Shown: in pieces, positions 18,841 through 28,240 of the stretch | How positions within the stretch are numbered: the first letter of the stretch is position 1 | How the letters are laid out: each line of letters begins with the position of its first letter | Assembly: GCA_041739995.1 (NCBI GenBank) | Contig: JBGSMV010000024.1 | Location: 1 to 64,000 of the forward strand | Source: Bdellovibrionota bacterium | Lineage (GTDB): Bacteria; Bdellovibrionota_C; UBA2361; JBGSMV01 | DNA: 64,000 nucleotides | Direction of reading: 5' to 3' | Program-made: the position numbers and the translations under genes | Notes under the pieces: generated by a model | Told to the model about the DNA's origin: nothing | The model's input: the letters and a program-made list of their open reading frames with translations, nothing else | Databases searched by the model: none

Positions 18841-20409
18841 ATGTTTGAATCAACAGGAACATTCTTCGCTCTATCGGAAAGTGCTACACGTAAGGACGCA
18901 CACGCCGCCTCACGGCTAATCATTTGCATTTTGTTGGCTGTCTCTGCTCTAAAGATTTCATTCATAGGGCTGTCAGACTTTTCCACCCGGGGTGAGGCCA
19001 GAGAGGCCATTGTTGTACAGTCAATGATATCCTCCGGAAATTGGCTCCTTCCAAGCGCCTACAACGAAAGTATTCCTTCTAAGCCACCCCTTTTCCACTG
19101 GATATCGGCAGTAGCATCATTACCTTTCGAGCATGTCACTGAATTCACCGCGCGACTTCCGTCCGTCCTTTTTGCGGTGAGCGCCCTCGGGCTATTTCTG
19201 TTCATGCTAAAGGGGTTTTTCAGCCCGCGAGAGCTCTTGGTGTTTGCATTGTTGCTCACTTTCTCTTTTGAATGGCTGAGGGCGAGCATGTCGGCACGGG
19301 TCGACATGGTCCATGCGAGTTGCCTATCTGCTGGCTTGCTAATGAGCTTTTTTGCCCTCGAAAGCTCAAAATCTCGCTATTGGGTTGCCGCGAGCATGCT
19401 CTTTGCACTCGCGACCTTAGGAAAAGGGCCGGTTGCGATTGTCATACCTGCCGCAATTCTTTCGCTGTGGGCGCTCACTACATTTGAGAACCGACGTCTT
19501 CACTTAGTAAGTATTTTTACCTATTTAAGCTGCTCCGTGCTTTTTGCTTCGACCTGGTACATTGCAGCCTATTACCAGGCACCAGAAGAATTTATCGGAC
19601 GGCTTTGGTATGAAAATGTGAATCGGTTCACCAGCACAATGGAAGACGGTCCGCATCGGCATTCAGTCTTCTATCTGCTTGGGATGCTTCTGATCGGCTT
19701 ACTGCCGTGGTCGGCTTATTTGATTGGAGTATATAGGACGAAGTGGAATACGCTGCCTCATTTGCTTCGCAACACGAAATCTCTGTTGAGGGGGAGCAGC
19801 AGATTAGTTCAGTTTTCTCTACTTTCGATCGGCTTTATTTTCCTTTTCTATTGCATACCAAGCAGCAAACGCAGTGTATACTTGCTCGCCGCATATCCAT
19901 TCATCGCTATAATACTTACCACTCTTTTAAGTAGCCATGTTTCGAACAGATTTTTGCGTAGAGCGATCTGTCTGGGGATTGCCGTCGTCGCATTGTTTCA
20001 GGGAATCGTCCTGCCATTTCTAATAGCTCCACGGGGAAGTGAGAGAGGAATAGGGCAAATCATTGCGCACGCTATTCCTCATCACCGCAAAGCATATTCT
20101 TATGGTTTTGAGTTCTATGGTGCGGCATTCTATTCCAACTTGCTATTTTTAAGACTGGAAGATTCCTTCCAGTCAGATAGGAGATCTCCTATCAACGGTG
20201 ACATTGTGGTGTGTTTTGAAGACGACATTCAGCACATGAACGAACTGCTTAAATTGCATGCTGTGCAGCTCAATCTTTTATTCGAGACCACTCTTTCGAA
20301 CAGAGGTGTAAAGATTTTTCAGTTCGATGGCCAGGAAAGCGCAGCAGTACCACTGCATGACAGAAGTAAAGGCGAACGCACCCTGGCGAAAGAGGCCCAT
20401 TCAATATAG
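18841..20409 (+). CDS. ArnT/PMT-family (GT39/GT83-like) membrane glycosyltransferase
   Basis: EAREA, SKPPLFHW, ARLPS, RVDM, LGKGPV, ENVNRF, LLPWS and SKRSVYLL; polytopic. Confidence 0.88.
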   Translation: MFESTGTFFALSESATRKDAHAASRLIICILLAVSALKISFIGLSDFSTRGEAREAIVVQSMISSGNWLLPSAYNESIPSKPPLFHWISAVASLPFEHVTEFTARLPSVLFAVSALGLFLFMLKGFFSPRELLVFALLLTFSFEWLRASMSARVDMVHASCLSAGLLMSFFALESSKSRYWVAASMLFALATLGKGPVAIVIPAAILSLWALTTFENRRLHLVSIFTYLSCSVLFASTWYIAAYYQAPEEFIGRLWYENVNRFTSTMEDGPHRHSVFYLLGMLLIGLLPWSAYLIGVYRTKWNTLPHLLRNTKSLLRGSSRLVQFSLLSIGFIFLFYCIPSSKRSVYLLAAYPFIAIILTTLLSSHVSNRFLRRAICLGIAVVALFQGIVLPFLIAPRGSERGIGQIIAHAIPHHRKAYSYGFEFYGAAFYSNLLFLRLEDSFQSDRRSPINGDIVVCFEDDIQHMNELLKLHAVQLNLLFETTLSNRGVKIFQFDGQESAAVPLHDRSKGERTLAKEAHSI

Positions 20410-20429
20410 TCGCAAGCCTCAAAATAACG

Positions 20430-21464
20430 TTAAATGGCTCTTCGTTGAGCGGACACGCTTACTTCATGGCGATTGTAGAAAAGTTGTCGCACGCATTTTA
20501 ACACGTACTGCTCATCCAAAATGGCCTTCGCTTTTTCAATAGTGCGAAACGTCTCGGCTGCCCCCGTCTTTACAAGCTTCAAAGTAATCAGACACTCGGC
20601 CTGCGGCTTCAGAACTCGTGCTACCTCTCGCATCAACTCGGCAGACTCTATTGCATCCACTCGCATATCGTTGACCGCAAGATCAAACAGCACTTCCCTT
20701 CCACGCTTAAACTGCCTAATAAAATCCTGTGCGGTTGAAGGATACACAGACAATCCCCTTCGCCCGTCTAATCGATCGTCGAGCACGGCTGGATCTACCG
20801 CCGTCACTTCGGCTCCTTTTCCCAACAGAACCTTGGTCCATCCTCCAGGTGCAGCACCCAGATCAAGTGCCTGGCAGCCTGAAGTGACCTCAAGTCCAAA
20901 CACCTCAAGCGCTTCTTCAAGCTTGGCTTCGGCACGCGAGATTTGCTGAGGGTCGTGGCGCAACCGCATTTCCCCGCCACTCCAAGAACTAAGTGCTGAT
21001 CGAACGTCAGAAACGCCCAAAAGCACATTCTCCTGAAGCGCAAGTATGGAGACGACCACTTCTGGATCCTTACGCCGCAGTGCAACACCTGCGCTGGTCA
21101 GCCCCGCACTAATTCCTTGAATAAGGTCTTTCAGTTTATCGTTCGATGCTTCAATACCTAAGGCTCTCCCCTGGACCGCTACCGCACTTTGACACAAGGG
21201 TCCCAGCAATTTGAGGGTTCGCTCTGCAAGTACGCTCTCCGAAGCTTCTACGCCCACTTCCTCTTGCACCGGAAACATGTGCCGGAGAAAAACGAGAGCC
21301 CCGGTCTGTGAAAGCTCGGAAAGCTTGGCATATGTTGGCCCACCACTTACTTCTATCAATCCAGGTCGGTGAACGCGCAGCTGGCACCCGAGACGCGCAA
21401 GCTCTTCACTCGCCTCTTCTTGGAAGGACTCACTGCACGAACACACCACTCGCGATTCATCCAT
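20430..21464 (-). CDS. RlmM/FtsJ-like RNA 2'-O-methyltransferase
   Basis: ISRAEAKLEEA, ALDLGAAPGGWT, AVDPA, NDM, ITLKL and HEVSV, with an N-terminal THUMP-like region. Confidence 0.85.
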   Translation of the reverse strand: MDESRVVCSCSESFQEEASEELARLGCQLRVHRPGLIEVSGGPTYAKLSELSQTGALVFLRHMFPVQEEVGVEASESVLAERTLKLLGPLCQSAVAVQGRALGIEASNDKLKDLIQGISAGLTSAGVALRRKDPEVVVSILALQENVLLGVSDVRSALSSWSGGEMRLRHDPQQISRAEAKLEEALEVFGLEVTSGCQALDLGAAPGGWTKVLLGKGAEVTAVDPAVLDDRLDGRRGLSVYPSTAQDFIRQFKRGREVLFDLAVNDMRVDAIESAELMREVARVLKPQAECLITLKLVKTGAAETFRTIEKAKAILDEQYVLKCVRQLFYNRHEVSVSAQRRAI

Positions 21465-21530
21465 AACTTCGCCAAATTTCACTTTTAAGCAGGGAAGTAG
21501 GCGCCATACAAAGGCACAGGATCTCCACAC

Positions 21531-21665
21531 CTCGCGTCCTGAGCTAGAAGTTCCTTAAAGGATCCTTCTCGTTGTTCTCGCTGAGCTCCTTGTGGAAATA
21601 GGTTCACAAAGAGATCAGCGAGCGCGGCGAGAACCGCCGATCGGACTCTTAACTCACGACTCTAG
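21531..21665 (+). repeat. MITE family A, copy 2 (diverged)
   Basis: GTCCTGAG..AGAAGTTC...TTCACAAAGAGA.CAGCGAGC.CGGCGAGAA...ACTCTTAACTCA..AC.CTAG. The terminal CTAG overlaps the fabH stop codon. Confidence 0.75.
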
Positions 21666-22687
21666 CCTCGCACAACCTTCAGCAGCGTCGCGCCCCAAGT
21701 AAAGCCGCTTCCAAACGCAGCGGAGAGTACAATTTGTCCCGGCTCAAGTCGACCTGCCTCGAACGCACAGGAAAGACCAATGGGAATGGTGGCCGCAGTG
21801 GTATTTCCAAAATTCTGAATAGTATTCCAGACTTGATCCTCTCGAAGCCCGAGCTGAGAAGCCACCAGTGAATTGATTCTCAGATTAGCTTGATGTGGCA
21901 CAAAGAGATTGACGTCCGCTGCGCTTAAACCATGTCGCGAAAGCAGTGACATCGACACCTCAGTCATGCGCTTAACCGCATGCTCGAAAACTTTACGGCC
22001 ATTCATTAAGGGAAACACCTTCCCTTCTGCAACCAGCTCCTGCGTAATACGTGTCGGGAAATGAGCGCTGCCAGGATGCTCGCACCAAAGCTCTTCCACA
22101 TGGGCTCCGTCGCTATGCAGTTCACTACCGATTATTTCGAGTGCCTGCGGCCGCGTTTCCGATCTCGAGTCTTCAACTCCTTCGACAATACAACTCCCCG
22201 CACCATCGCCGAACAAGACAGCGATGTCCCGCCCTCGAGTAGACATATCTAGCCCGGTTGAATGCACTTCAGCGCCCACGACAAGAATACGTCGGTACTT
22301 GCCCACTTGCACAAGAGCATCGGCCATCTCTAGACCGTACAGAAATCCGCAGCACTGATTGCGAACGTCAAAAGCTGGCACTGGTGGAAGCCCAAGCTTG
22401 TGCTGCACCGATACCCCTATTCCAGGGAATGAATAGTCCGGAGAAAGCGTAGCGGCGATGATCGCCTCGACTGCCCCAGGACTTCTATCCAACGATCCGC
22501 GCGCTGCCTGTGTAGCAAGATCGCTGGTAGTGGTAGGAGATTCAACCCAATAGCGCGACTCAATTCCGGTGCGCTGCACTATCCACTCGTTCGAAGTGTC
22601 CATCACACGCGATAGATCCTCGTTGGTTACTTTCCGAGTCGGGATACTCATTGAAAACGAATGCGCTATGCTTTTCATATGCTCCAA
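21662..22687 (-). CDS. fabH: 3-oxoacyl-ACP synthase III
   Basis: DTSNEWIVQRTGI, catalytic Cys in NQCCGF, FGDGAG, PHQANLRI, GNTTAATIP, FGSGFTWG. Confidence 0.95.
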   Translation of the reverse strand: MEHMKSIAHSFSMSIPTRKVTNEDLSRVMDTSNEWIVQRTGIESRYWVESPTTTSDLATQAARGSLDRSPGAVEAIIAATLSPDYSFPGIGVSVQHKLGLPPVPAFDVRNQCCGFLYGLEMADALVQVGKYRRILVVGAEVHSTGLDMSTRGRDIAVLFGDGAGSCIVEGVEDSRSETRPQALEIIGSELHSDGAHVEELWCEHPGSAHFPTRITQELVAEGKVFPLMNGRKVFEHAVKRMTEVSMSLLSRHGLSAADVNLFVPHQANLRINSLVASQLGLREDQVWNTIQNFGNTTAATIPIGLSCAFEAGRLEPGQIVLSAAFGSGFTWGATLLKVVRG

Positions 22688-22995
22688 AGTGTAATCACGG
22701 GGACACGCTTAACTAACTCATACTGCAAATCTGGTTGATCCGACGATAGGGCACCTCGTCCCTTACCTAGCATGAGCACCACCGTGATCCTCAGCACTTT
22801 TCAAATGAAAAGTCGCTTGCGTGAGGCAAGGCAACTACCTGAGTCAGGGAACTATAAAGGTCAGTCTCGAAGAGCCCTAGGGCCGCCCCAATATTTACGC
22901 CCTCGTGTTTAATCTGCTGATTCAATTCACTTTATAAAGTCTGCCAAACCTGACGCAAGTTCACCACAACTCCAGACTAGTGGTTAAGAGGTACT

Positions 22996-23286
22996 ATGAA
23001 TTCTCCACGATGCCCGCACTGTGGCAGCGACAATCATCTTGAATCACGCTTTTCGGTCCTGGTAGGACCGCGAGACCTGCCCTTGTCCATACTCTTTACT
23101 CTGATTGTTGTGGTGGCTGGCAACGCGCTCGCAGCCGGCTCGGCCATGATTGCTATCGCATTGCTGGTCGCAATTGCGCCGCTTTTCTTGAGTTTCTTCC
23201 AAAAGTACTTCTGCGACCGATGTGAAATTGAGTTTCACTCTCCTGCTTCAGCGACAAAACCATCCGTACACCCCTCTGCAGATTAA
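22996..23286 (+). CDS. Small membrane protein with split Zn-ribbon
   Basis: CPHC, two TM helices, then CDRC; GAGG RBS. Confidence 0.6.
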   Translation: MNSPRCPHCGSDNHLESRFSVLVGPRDLPLSILFTLIVVVAGNALAAGSAMIAIALLVAIAPLFLSFFQKYFCDRCEIEFHSPASATKPSVHPSAD

Positions 23287-23505
23287 ACCTTCGAGGGCTT
23301 CGCAAACACCTCATTTGAGTCTCCTGTAAGATCGAAACCTCTACGACTTTTTCGCAGTCACTCCTACAAAAGCGGGTCTCCTAGAGATTTCTGCGTCGTT
23401 CTCTTTAGGACGTTTCAATTGAGACCGATCCACTTCACACGGGCGAGGCTTAAGCGACTACACGCGAGGTCCTTTGCGCCCGTAATGGACAGGGAGGACA
23501 AGTGT

Positions 23506-23694
23506 ATGTCTGAAGATAACGGGAATGAGCCAAAGCCCCAGCGTAAGCGTGGAGTAACCTCAGTAATGTTGGGTTGGATAGCTGACAGGTTGCGTCGAGC
23601 CGAAGATCTCAAGCAGAAGATAAGCACCGGAACCTACCAGATTGACTCCGAGAAAATTGCTGAGTCGATCTTGAGTGACCCACCACCTAAGTAA
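23506..23694 (+). CDS. flgM: Anti-sigma-28 factor FlgM-like protein
   Basis: RAEDLKQKISTGTYQIDSEKIAESIL matches the FlgM C-terminal motif; GGGAGGA RBS before the ATG at 23506. Confidence 0.75.
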   Translation: MSEDNGNEPKPQRKRGVTSVMLGWIADRLRRAEDLKQKISTGTYQIDSEKIAESILSDPPPK

Positions 23695-23744
23695 CAACAC
23701 CCTCAATCCAGACCCTGAGCGCACCGCAGTGTGCCGTATAGAGT

Positions 23745-24191
23745 CTAATGGAAGGCGGGCCCTTCCGCGTCTTGAGTGAGCGTTCGAGCAATATTTAATA
23801 ATTCAGACTGCGCAAAGGGTTTGCGAAGCAGCGGAACCGTCGGCAAACGCTTGGTTACCTTCGCAATGATATCTTCCGGCAACGCAGTAATTGCGACAAT
23901 TGGAACCAGAGGAAACACCCACTGCAGTTCTTCAATGGTACGCACTCCCACTTCATGGGAATATTGAAAGTCAAAAAAGCGGTCTCCGAAGGCGAACGGC
24001 ATTTCCAAGTCGCTCACTATTAGATCGGGGTAATCCTCTTTGCGCAGCTCACGGAATGCATCGTCCGGGCAACGGGCGGTAATGACGTCGAAGCCGCCGT
24101 CCTCAAGCACGGCGGTGAGGAATTCTCGAAGCTCTGCGTGGTCGTCAATTAAGAGAATGGATTTTGCATGTGAAGTCATTTTGCGAGACAT
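23745..24191 (-). CDS. Single-domain response regulator receiver
   Basis: ILLIDD, PDLIVSDLEMP, VAITA, RKPF. Confidence 0.88.
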   Translation of the reverse strand: MSRKMTSHAKSILLIDDHAELREFLTAVLEDGGFDVITARCPDDAFRELRKEDYPDLIVSDLEMPFAFGDRFFDFQYSHEVGVRTIEELQWVFPLVPIVAITALPEDIIAKVTKRLPTVPLLRKPFAQSELLNIARTLTQDAEGPAFH

Positions 24192-24252
24192 CCTGTCATT
24201 CGCTAGTCGGTGGGTACTGCAACACAGCCACAAAAAACTCTGAAAAAAGAAA

Positions 24253-24376
24253 TCTTAGTGGTCTTGTTGTTCTTAGTAGTGCAAACAAAATCTAGAAATT
24301 GGCCTAAATTTGATTAAACCACCAAGACCACAAAGCGCACGAAGATAGAAACACGCCTTATTCAGAGGCTCCCTAG
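24253..24376 (+). repeat. Repeat family B, copy 1
   Basis: Near-copy of 51004-51126. Internal imperfect palindrome CTTAGTGGTCTTG...AACCACCAAGACCACAAAG; ends in TTCAGAGGCTCCCTAG. Confidence 0.85.
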
Positions 24377-24515
24377 TGTGCTGAGTCAGAAGTTCATTTA
24401 AGTATTTTTCTCGCTGTTCTCGCTGAACTCATTGTGTAATTCATTGAATATATTCACAAAGAGAGCAGCGAGCTCGGCGAGAATTATTCATCGAACTCTT
24501 AACTCAGGACACTGG
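24373..24515 (+). repeat. MITE family A, copy 3
   Basis: CTAGTGTGCTGAGTCAGAAGTTC...AACTCTTAACTCAGGACACTGG; reverse-complement near-copy of 11967-12109. Confidence 0.88.
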
Positions 24516-24591
24516 TTACTTCGGCAGCGTGAGGCGAAAACTCAAACGAGCCCCGCGCGCACTGCTAAATCAATAGGTTAGGAGTTGGCTA

Positions 24592-25314
24592 TTAGCCCTC
24601 GAAGAAACGAACAGCCGAGAAGGCCATGGGCGTATCGGTCACAAACCCCTCCGCATATGCGGCGCCAATCGTAAGGCCCAAGTTGGCACGCGACACCCTC
24701 AGCGCATGCTCAATCGGGTTTCCGCGCACTTGAATGGCGAGCTGCGACGAGTAGGCCTGAATAGCCTCGAATGTTCGATCAATCACCGAGGTCACATCAA
24801 CGATAATCGATGCAGGCATATGGCGAGGCAACATGTAGAAGAAAAGCCGCTCGACCGTGTGCTTTGGCATCTCTGGCAGAAACCGCTCTAAGCGCGAACA
24901 CTTGACCGAGTCTCGCACCAACGCACCGGTTGTATAATGGTCGACGTGTGAGATGCCTCCAAAGTCAGCATACGGGTTGGTGTGATAGGGGGCGAATACT
25001 ATCCGAGGACGAGCAGCACGAAGCACGCGCACAATCTTTTCCCGCGCTGCGGGAGTATTCTCAACATGCAGATCTTTAAAGTCTAAGAACTCAGTCCCCA
25101 CTCCAAGGATGCGAGCTGCCTCTCGCGCCTCGCGTTCGCGCGTCTCCGGGTCTCCGAACGTGCTCATCTCGCTATGAGTGAGGGGCACTACAAGCACGCG
25201 CTTACCCGCATCGCTCAGAAGCGCAACGGTACCTCCCATCGCCATTTCAGCGTCGTCAGGGTGGGCACCAAATACCACTACATCGTATTCTGAACTCTGA
25301 GTCATCTGAGACAT
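24592..25314 (-). CDS. PIG-L/LmbE-family deacetylase (BshB1-like)
   Basis: GAHPDDAEM, R..EA..AARILG, HVDH, YSSQ, YAEGF. Confidence 0.88.
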   Translation of the reverse strand: MSQMTQSSEYDVVVFGAHPDDAEMAMGGTVALLSDAGKRVLVVPLTHSEMSTFGDPETREREAREAARILGVGTEFLDFKDLHVENTPAAREKIVRVLRAARPRIVFAPYHTNPYADFGGISHVDHYTTGALVRDSVKCSRLERFLPEMPKHTVERLFFYMLPRHMPASIIVDVTSVIDRTFEAIQAYSSQLAIQVRGNPIEHALRVSRANLGLTIGAAYAEGFVTDTPMAFSAVRFFEG

Positions 25315-25323
25315 CCGTGCATT

Positions 25324-25866
25324 CTAATCACGGTTCACTCGCTCTGCATCTGAAGCATGCTCCCGGAGCGTGCGGAGGCGCTCGACGACCAGCTTAAATT
25401 TATGAGGACTGGGAACGCCCACAATGCACATCTCTCGAATATCACTACCAGCGGTGCTGACGGAGACTTCTCCAAAGTCGAGCAGGCGCTCAAAAATATT
25501 TTGGTCAATCCGAATTTCTCGAATGTCCACATAGTCGAGGACCGGCACGGAATAGGAGAACGCCAATCTGCCCTGATGAAGCTCGATTACATTCGATTTC
25601 AAAATAACTTTCTGATTGAAGTGCCTCCTGAGGATTTCCAAGAGCACAAGCAAAGGAAGGAGAGCGATAAGACGCAGCCAGCTTGGAATACTAGAGCCAG
25701 GTTTTTCAACTCCAAGCACTTCAATGTTGACGTATACAACCACCACCACCAGCACACAGAAGAGCATCAGCAACGCCCAGTCATAGAGCTTTGCTCTATG
25801 AAAGCTAAGCACTTCCTCTTCATCGGGAAGAGTTACAAGCGAGTCGATTTCGGGGTAACGTTTCAT
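25324..25866 (-). CDS. Membrane protein with bacterial PH domain (bPH_2)
   Basis: Two TM helices followed by IREIRIDQNIFERLLDFGEVSVSTAG. Confidence 0.8.
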   Translation of the reverse strand: MKRYPEIDSLVTLPDEEEVLSFHRAKLYDWALLMLFCVLVVVVVYVNIEVLGVEKPGSSIPSWLRLIALLPLLVLLEILRRHFNQKVILKSNVIELHQGRLAFSYSVPVLDYVDIREIRIDQNIFERLLDFGEVSVSTAGSDIREMCIVGVPSPHKFKLVVERLRTLREHASDAERVNRD

Positions 25867-25925
25867 ATAGCGGCGGGCCAGCCTATCATGTTGTCGATGC
25901 CTACCAAATATCTTAGTCTCTATTA

Positions 25926-26180
25926 ATGTCTACTACAGTAGTTCGAGGAGCTTTTCTTTTGCTGGTTGCGGCTAGCCTTGCCCTGGGCGTAGGCGGCTGC
26001 AGCACTTCGGCACTTGGCGCACGCTTCACTTGCCTACAGTGGAAGGCCCAAGCCCAGATGTTTTCAACTCTGGAAAGTTGCCAGCGTTGCGTCGAAGCCC
26101 ACGGCGCAGAAAGCCTTGATCTGATTCAAGGTTGCGCTCTTGGACTAGACGCGAGCGACCTGATGAGTCTTGGGTCGTAG
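25926..26180 (+). CDS. Small Cys-rich lipoprotein (paralog of 1651..1893)
   Basis: Signal peptide ending VGG-C; shared core GARFTCLQWK...FSTLESCQ.C...IQGCALG. Confidence 0.75.
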   Translation: MSTTVVRGAFLLLVAASLALGVGGCSTSALGARFTCLQWKAQAQMFSTLESCQRCVEAHGAESLDLIQGCALGLDASDLMSLGS

Positions 26181-26322
26181 ATTTCCGTATAGTGGAGACT
26201 CCCTCTCCCAAAAGCAGCACCCCGCAAAAAAAGCATCTTACAGAACATTAACCTCACGACGTTGACCGCACGGTTCCGGCGCGATACTGAAGGCTACGTC
26301 TAAGCAAGCCTAACGAGGATCT

Positions 26323-27165
26323 ATGCAGAAATTCTTACCTACCGTGACGCCCTTCACTCGACTGCTTTTGCTCCGCATATCGGCTTTGCTTTGCGTCCTG
26401 GTTTCTTTTTCAGCACCTCTCCTTTCGCCGTCCTTAATGAGGCTCGCCCACGCCGAATGTGTCCCTACTGACGATCCTTGTGCCCCGAAGAAAAAACTAG
26501 ATGTATGGGATGCCGCCGCTCTGGTTGGCTTCAACCTTACCCAGGGGAATAGCGACACAATATTGTTGAATTTGGGAGTTAAAGCCTCCGTAGATGAAGG
26601 CGAAGATCTCTGGGACCTTGGTATGAGTTTCGGTTACGGTGAGGATGAAGACCGAAATGACCCTGACACAGACAAAGTTTCAAAAAATGACTTTCGTGCG
26701 AATGCTCGCTACGATCATCTGCTAAATGACGGACTTTACCTTGGGGGAGGCACCAAGTTTCTCTTCGACGAAGTTGCCGACATTGACTACCGTTCTAACC
26801 TAGATCCGACGGTCGGATATTTTTTCCTCCGCGACAATAGTTTTAAGCTAAGGCTTGAGGGCGGCCCCTCATACGTGTTCGAGAAAGTTTCAGGAGAAGA
26901 GAATGATTACCTTTCACCGCGCGTAGCAAATAGATTTGACTGGGCTATCTCGTGCACATCTAAGCTCTTTCAGCAGGCTGAGGTTTTGTTCGACGCCTCT
27001 GATTCAAATAATTACATCGTAAATGCCGAGATTGGTGTTGAAGCTGCGCTCTCGACCGATCTCGCCTTAGTTATTCTAATTCGGGAGAGTTTCGATAATC
27101 GCCCCGCAGAAGGAAAAGAGAAGGACGATCTCGCCGTGATCTCTTCTCTGAAGATTCTACTCTAG
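26323..27165 (+). CDS. DUF481/YdiY-family outer-membrane beta-barrel
   Basis: Signal peptide, GFNLTQGNSDT, IDYR, GYFF, LEGGPSY and DNRPAEGKEKDD. Confidence 0.8.
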   Translation: MQKFLPTVTPFTRLLLLRISALLCVLVSFSAPLLSPSLMRLAHAECVPTDDPCAPKKKLDVWDAAALVGFNLTQGNSDTILLNLGVKASVDEGEDLWDLGMSFGYGEDEDRNDPDTDKVSKNDFRANARYDHLLNDGLYLGGGTKFLFDEVADIDYRSNLDPTVGYFFLRDNSFKLRLEGGPSYVFEKVSGEENDYLSPRVANRFDWAISCTSKLFQQAEVLFDASDSNNYIVNAEIGVEAALSTDLALVILIRESFDNRPAEGKEKDDLAVISSLKILL

Positions 27166-27201
27166 CAGCTGCCTCCCAAAGGCCCAACGAGTGGGGCGGT
27201 C

Positions 27202-27747
27202 CTAGTCGGGAGACTGGTGCGCGAGACAGACTGAGTTAATACAGAACCTCTGTCCGGTTGGTGGCGGCCCGTCATTGAAAACGTGCCCAAGGTGAGCGCT
27301 GCATCGCGCGCACAAAACTTCCGTCCTTGTCATTCCGTGAGAGTTGTCGACCCTTAATTCTAGGGCCCCATCATCCACCGCCTTTGTAAACGACGGCCAG
27401 CCGGTTCCAGAATCAAATTTAGTGTCGCTCTTGAAGAGTAATTTGCCACAACAGGTACAAACGAATTCGCCAGACTCCTTAAACATGCAGTATTTGCCAG
27501 AGAATGCTCGCTCCGTCCCTGCACCACGGCACACTTGATATTGCTCTGGAGAAAGCACTTCCTTCCAATAGTCAGGAGATTTTGATTTCCAATCAACTTG
27601 ATCAGGATTGATATCCTTAAGATGTGGCGGAAGCTCCTGTGCTACTTTGGATTCTGAGTTCGCGTTCGACATAAAGTACCATCCTCCAAACGAAGCAACT
27701 GCGGTTACCCCCGCTGCAACTTTCACAATAGAACGGCGTGAATACAT
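27202..27747 (-). CDS. msrB: Peptide methionine (R)-sulfoxide reductase, Tat-like signal
   Basis: [12 protein letters not shown] and CARC Zn ligands, [28 protein letters not shown]-terminus MYSRRSIVK. Confidence 0.95.
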   Translation of the reverse strand: MYSRRSIVKVAAGVTAVASFGGWYFMSNANSESKVAQELPPHLKDINPDQVDWKSKSPDYWKEVLSPEQYQVCRGAGTERAFSGKYCMFKESGEFVCTCCGKLLFKSDTKFDSGTGWPSFTKAVDDGALELRVDNSHGMTRTEVLCARCSAHLGHVFNDGPPPTGQRFCINSVCLAHQSPD

Positions 27748-27980
27748 TCTGTTCCTAATATTGCTCGGGCCTTTAACCGGACAGCGCCATGATAAGCGAA
27801 CTGCCTGGATATCAACACAAGCGCCTTGCCACAGGCGCCAGAACGCTCCTGACCCTAATCGATGACTTCCCAATGGATTACTGAACTAGTCGCTAAATCT
27901 AGCGCTTCGTTACGACTGTCTCTAAGTCGATATAACCCTACTATATTTAGCTAGTTAGCTGCAGTATCGCCGGCGCTCGA

Positions 27981-28009
27981 TTGACCAAGAAGCCTGGCAC
28001 CGATACGAT
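27981..28009 (+). promoter_or_regulatory. Sigma70-type promoter for the DEAD-box helicase
   Basis: TTGACC-17 bp-TACGAT, about 230 bp upstream of the ATG. Confidence 0.55.
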
Positions 28010-28240
28010 TCGGGTGACTTATAAACAATAATAGAGAGAGAAGAGCTGACTAGGCCTTATAGGGTCGAATCAATCCACCCATTAGAGTAGCCGACAATGA
28101 GCGTTCGAGTGTGACGAACCTCCTGCGAGTCGCCCCCTGTATGGGCCTTTTTTCAAAGGCCCCGATTCATTGAGGGGCTCGCTTCAAAATTCGCTTTCCC
28201 TTTTCAAGCGCCTTCTTGTTACTACAGAGAAAAACCGTAT

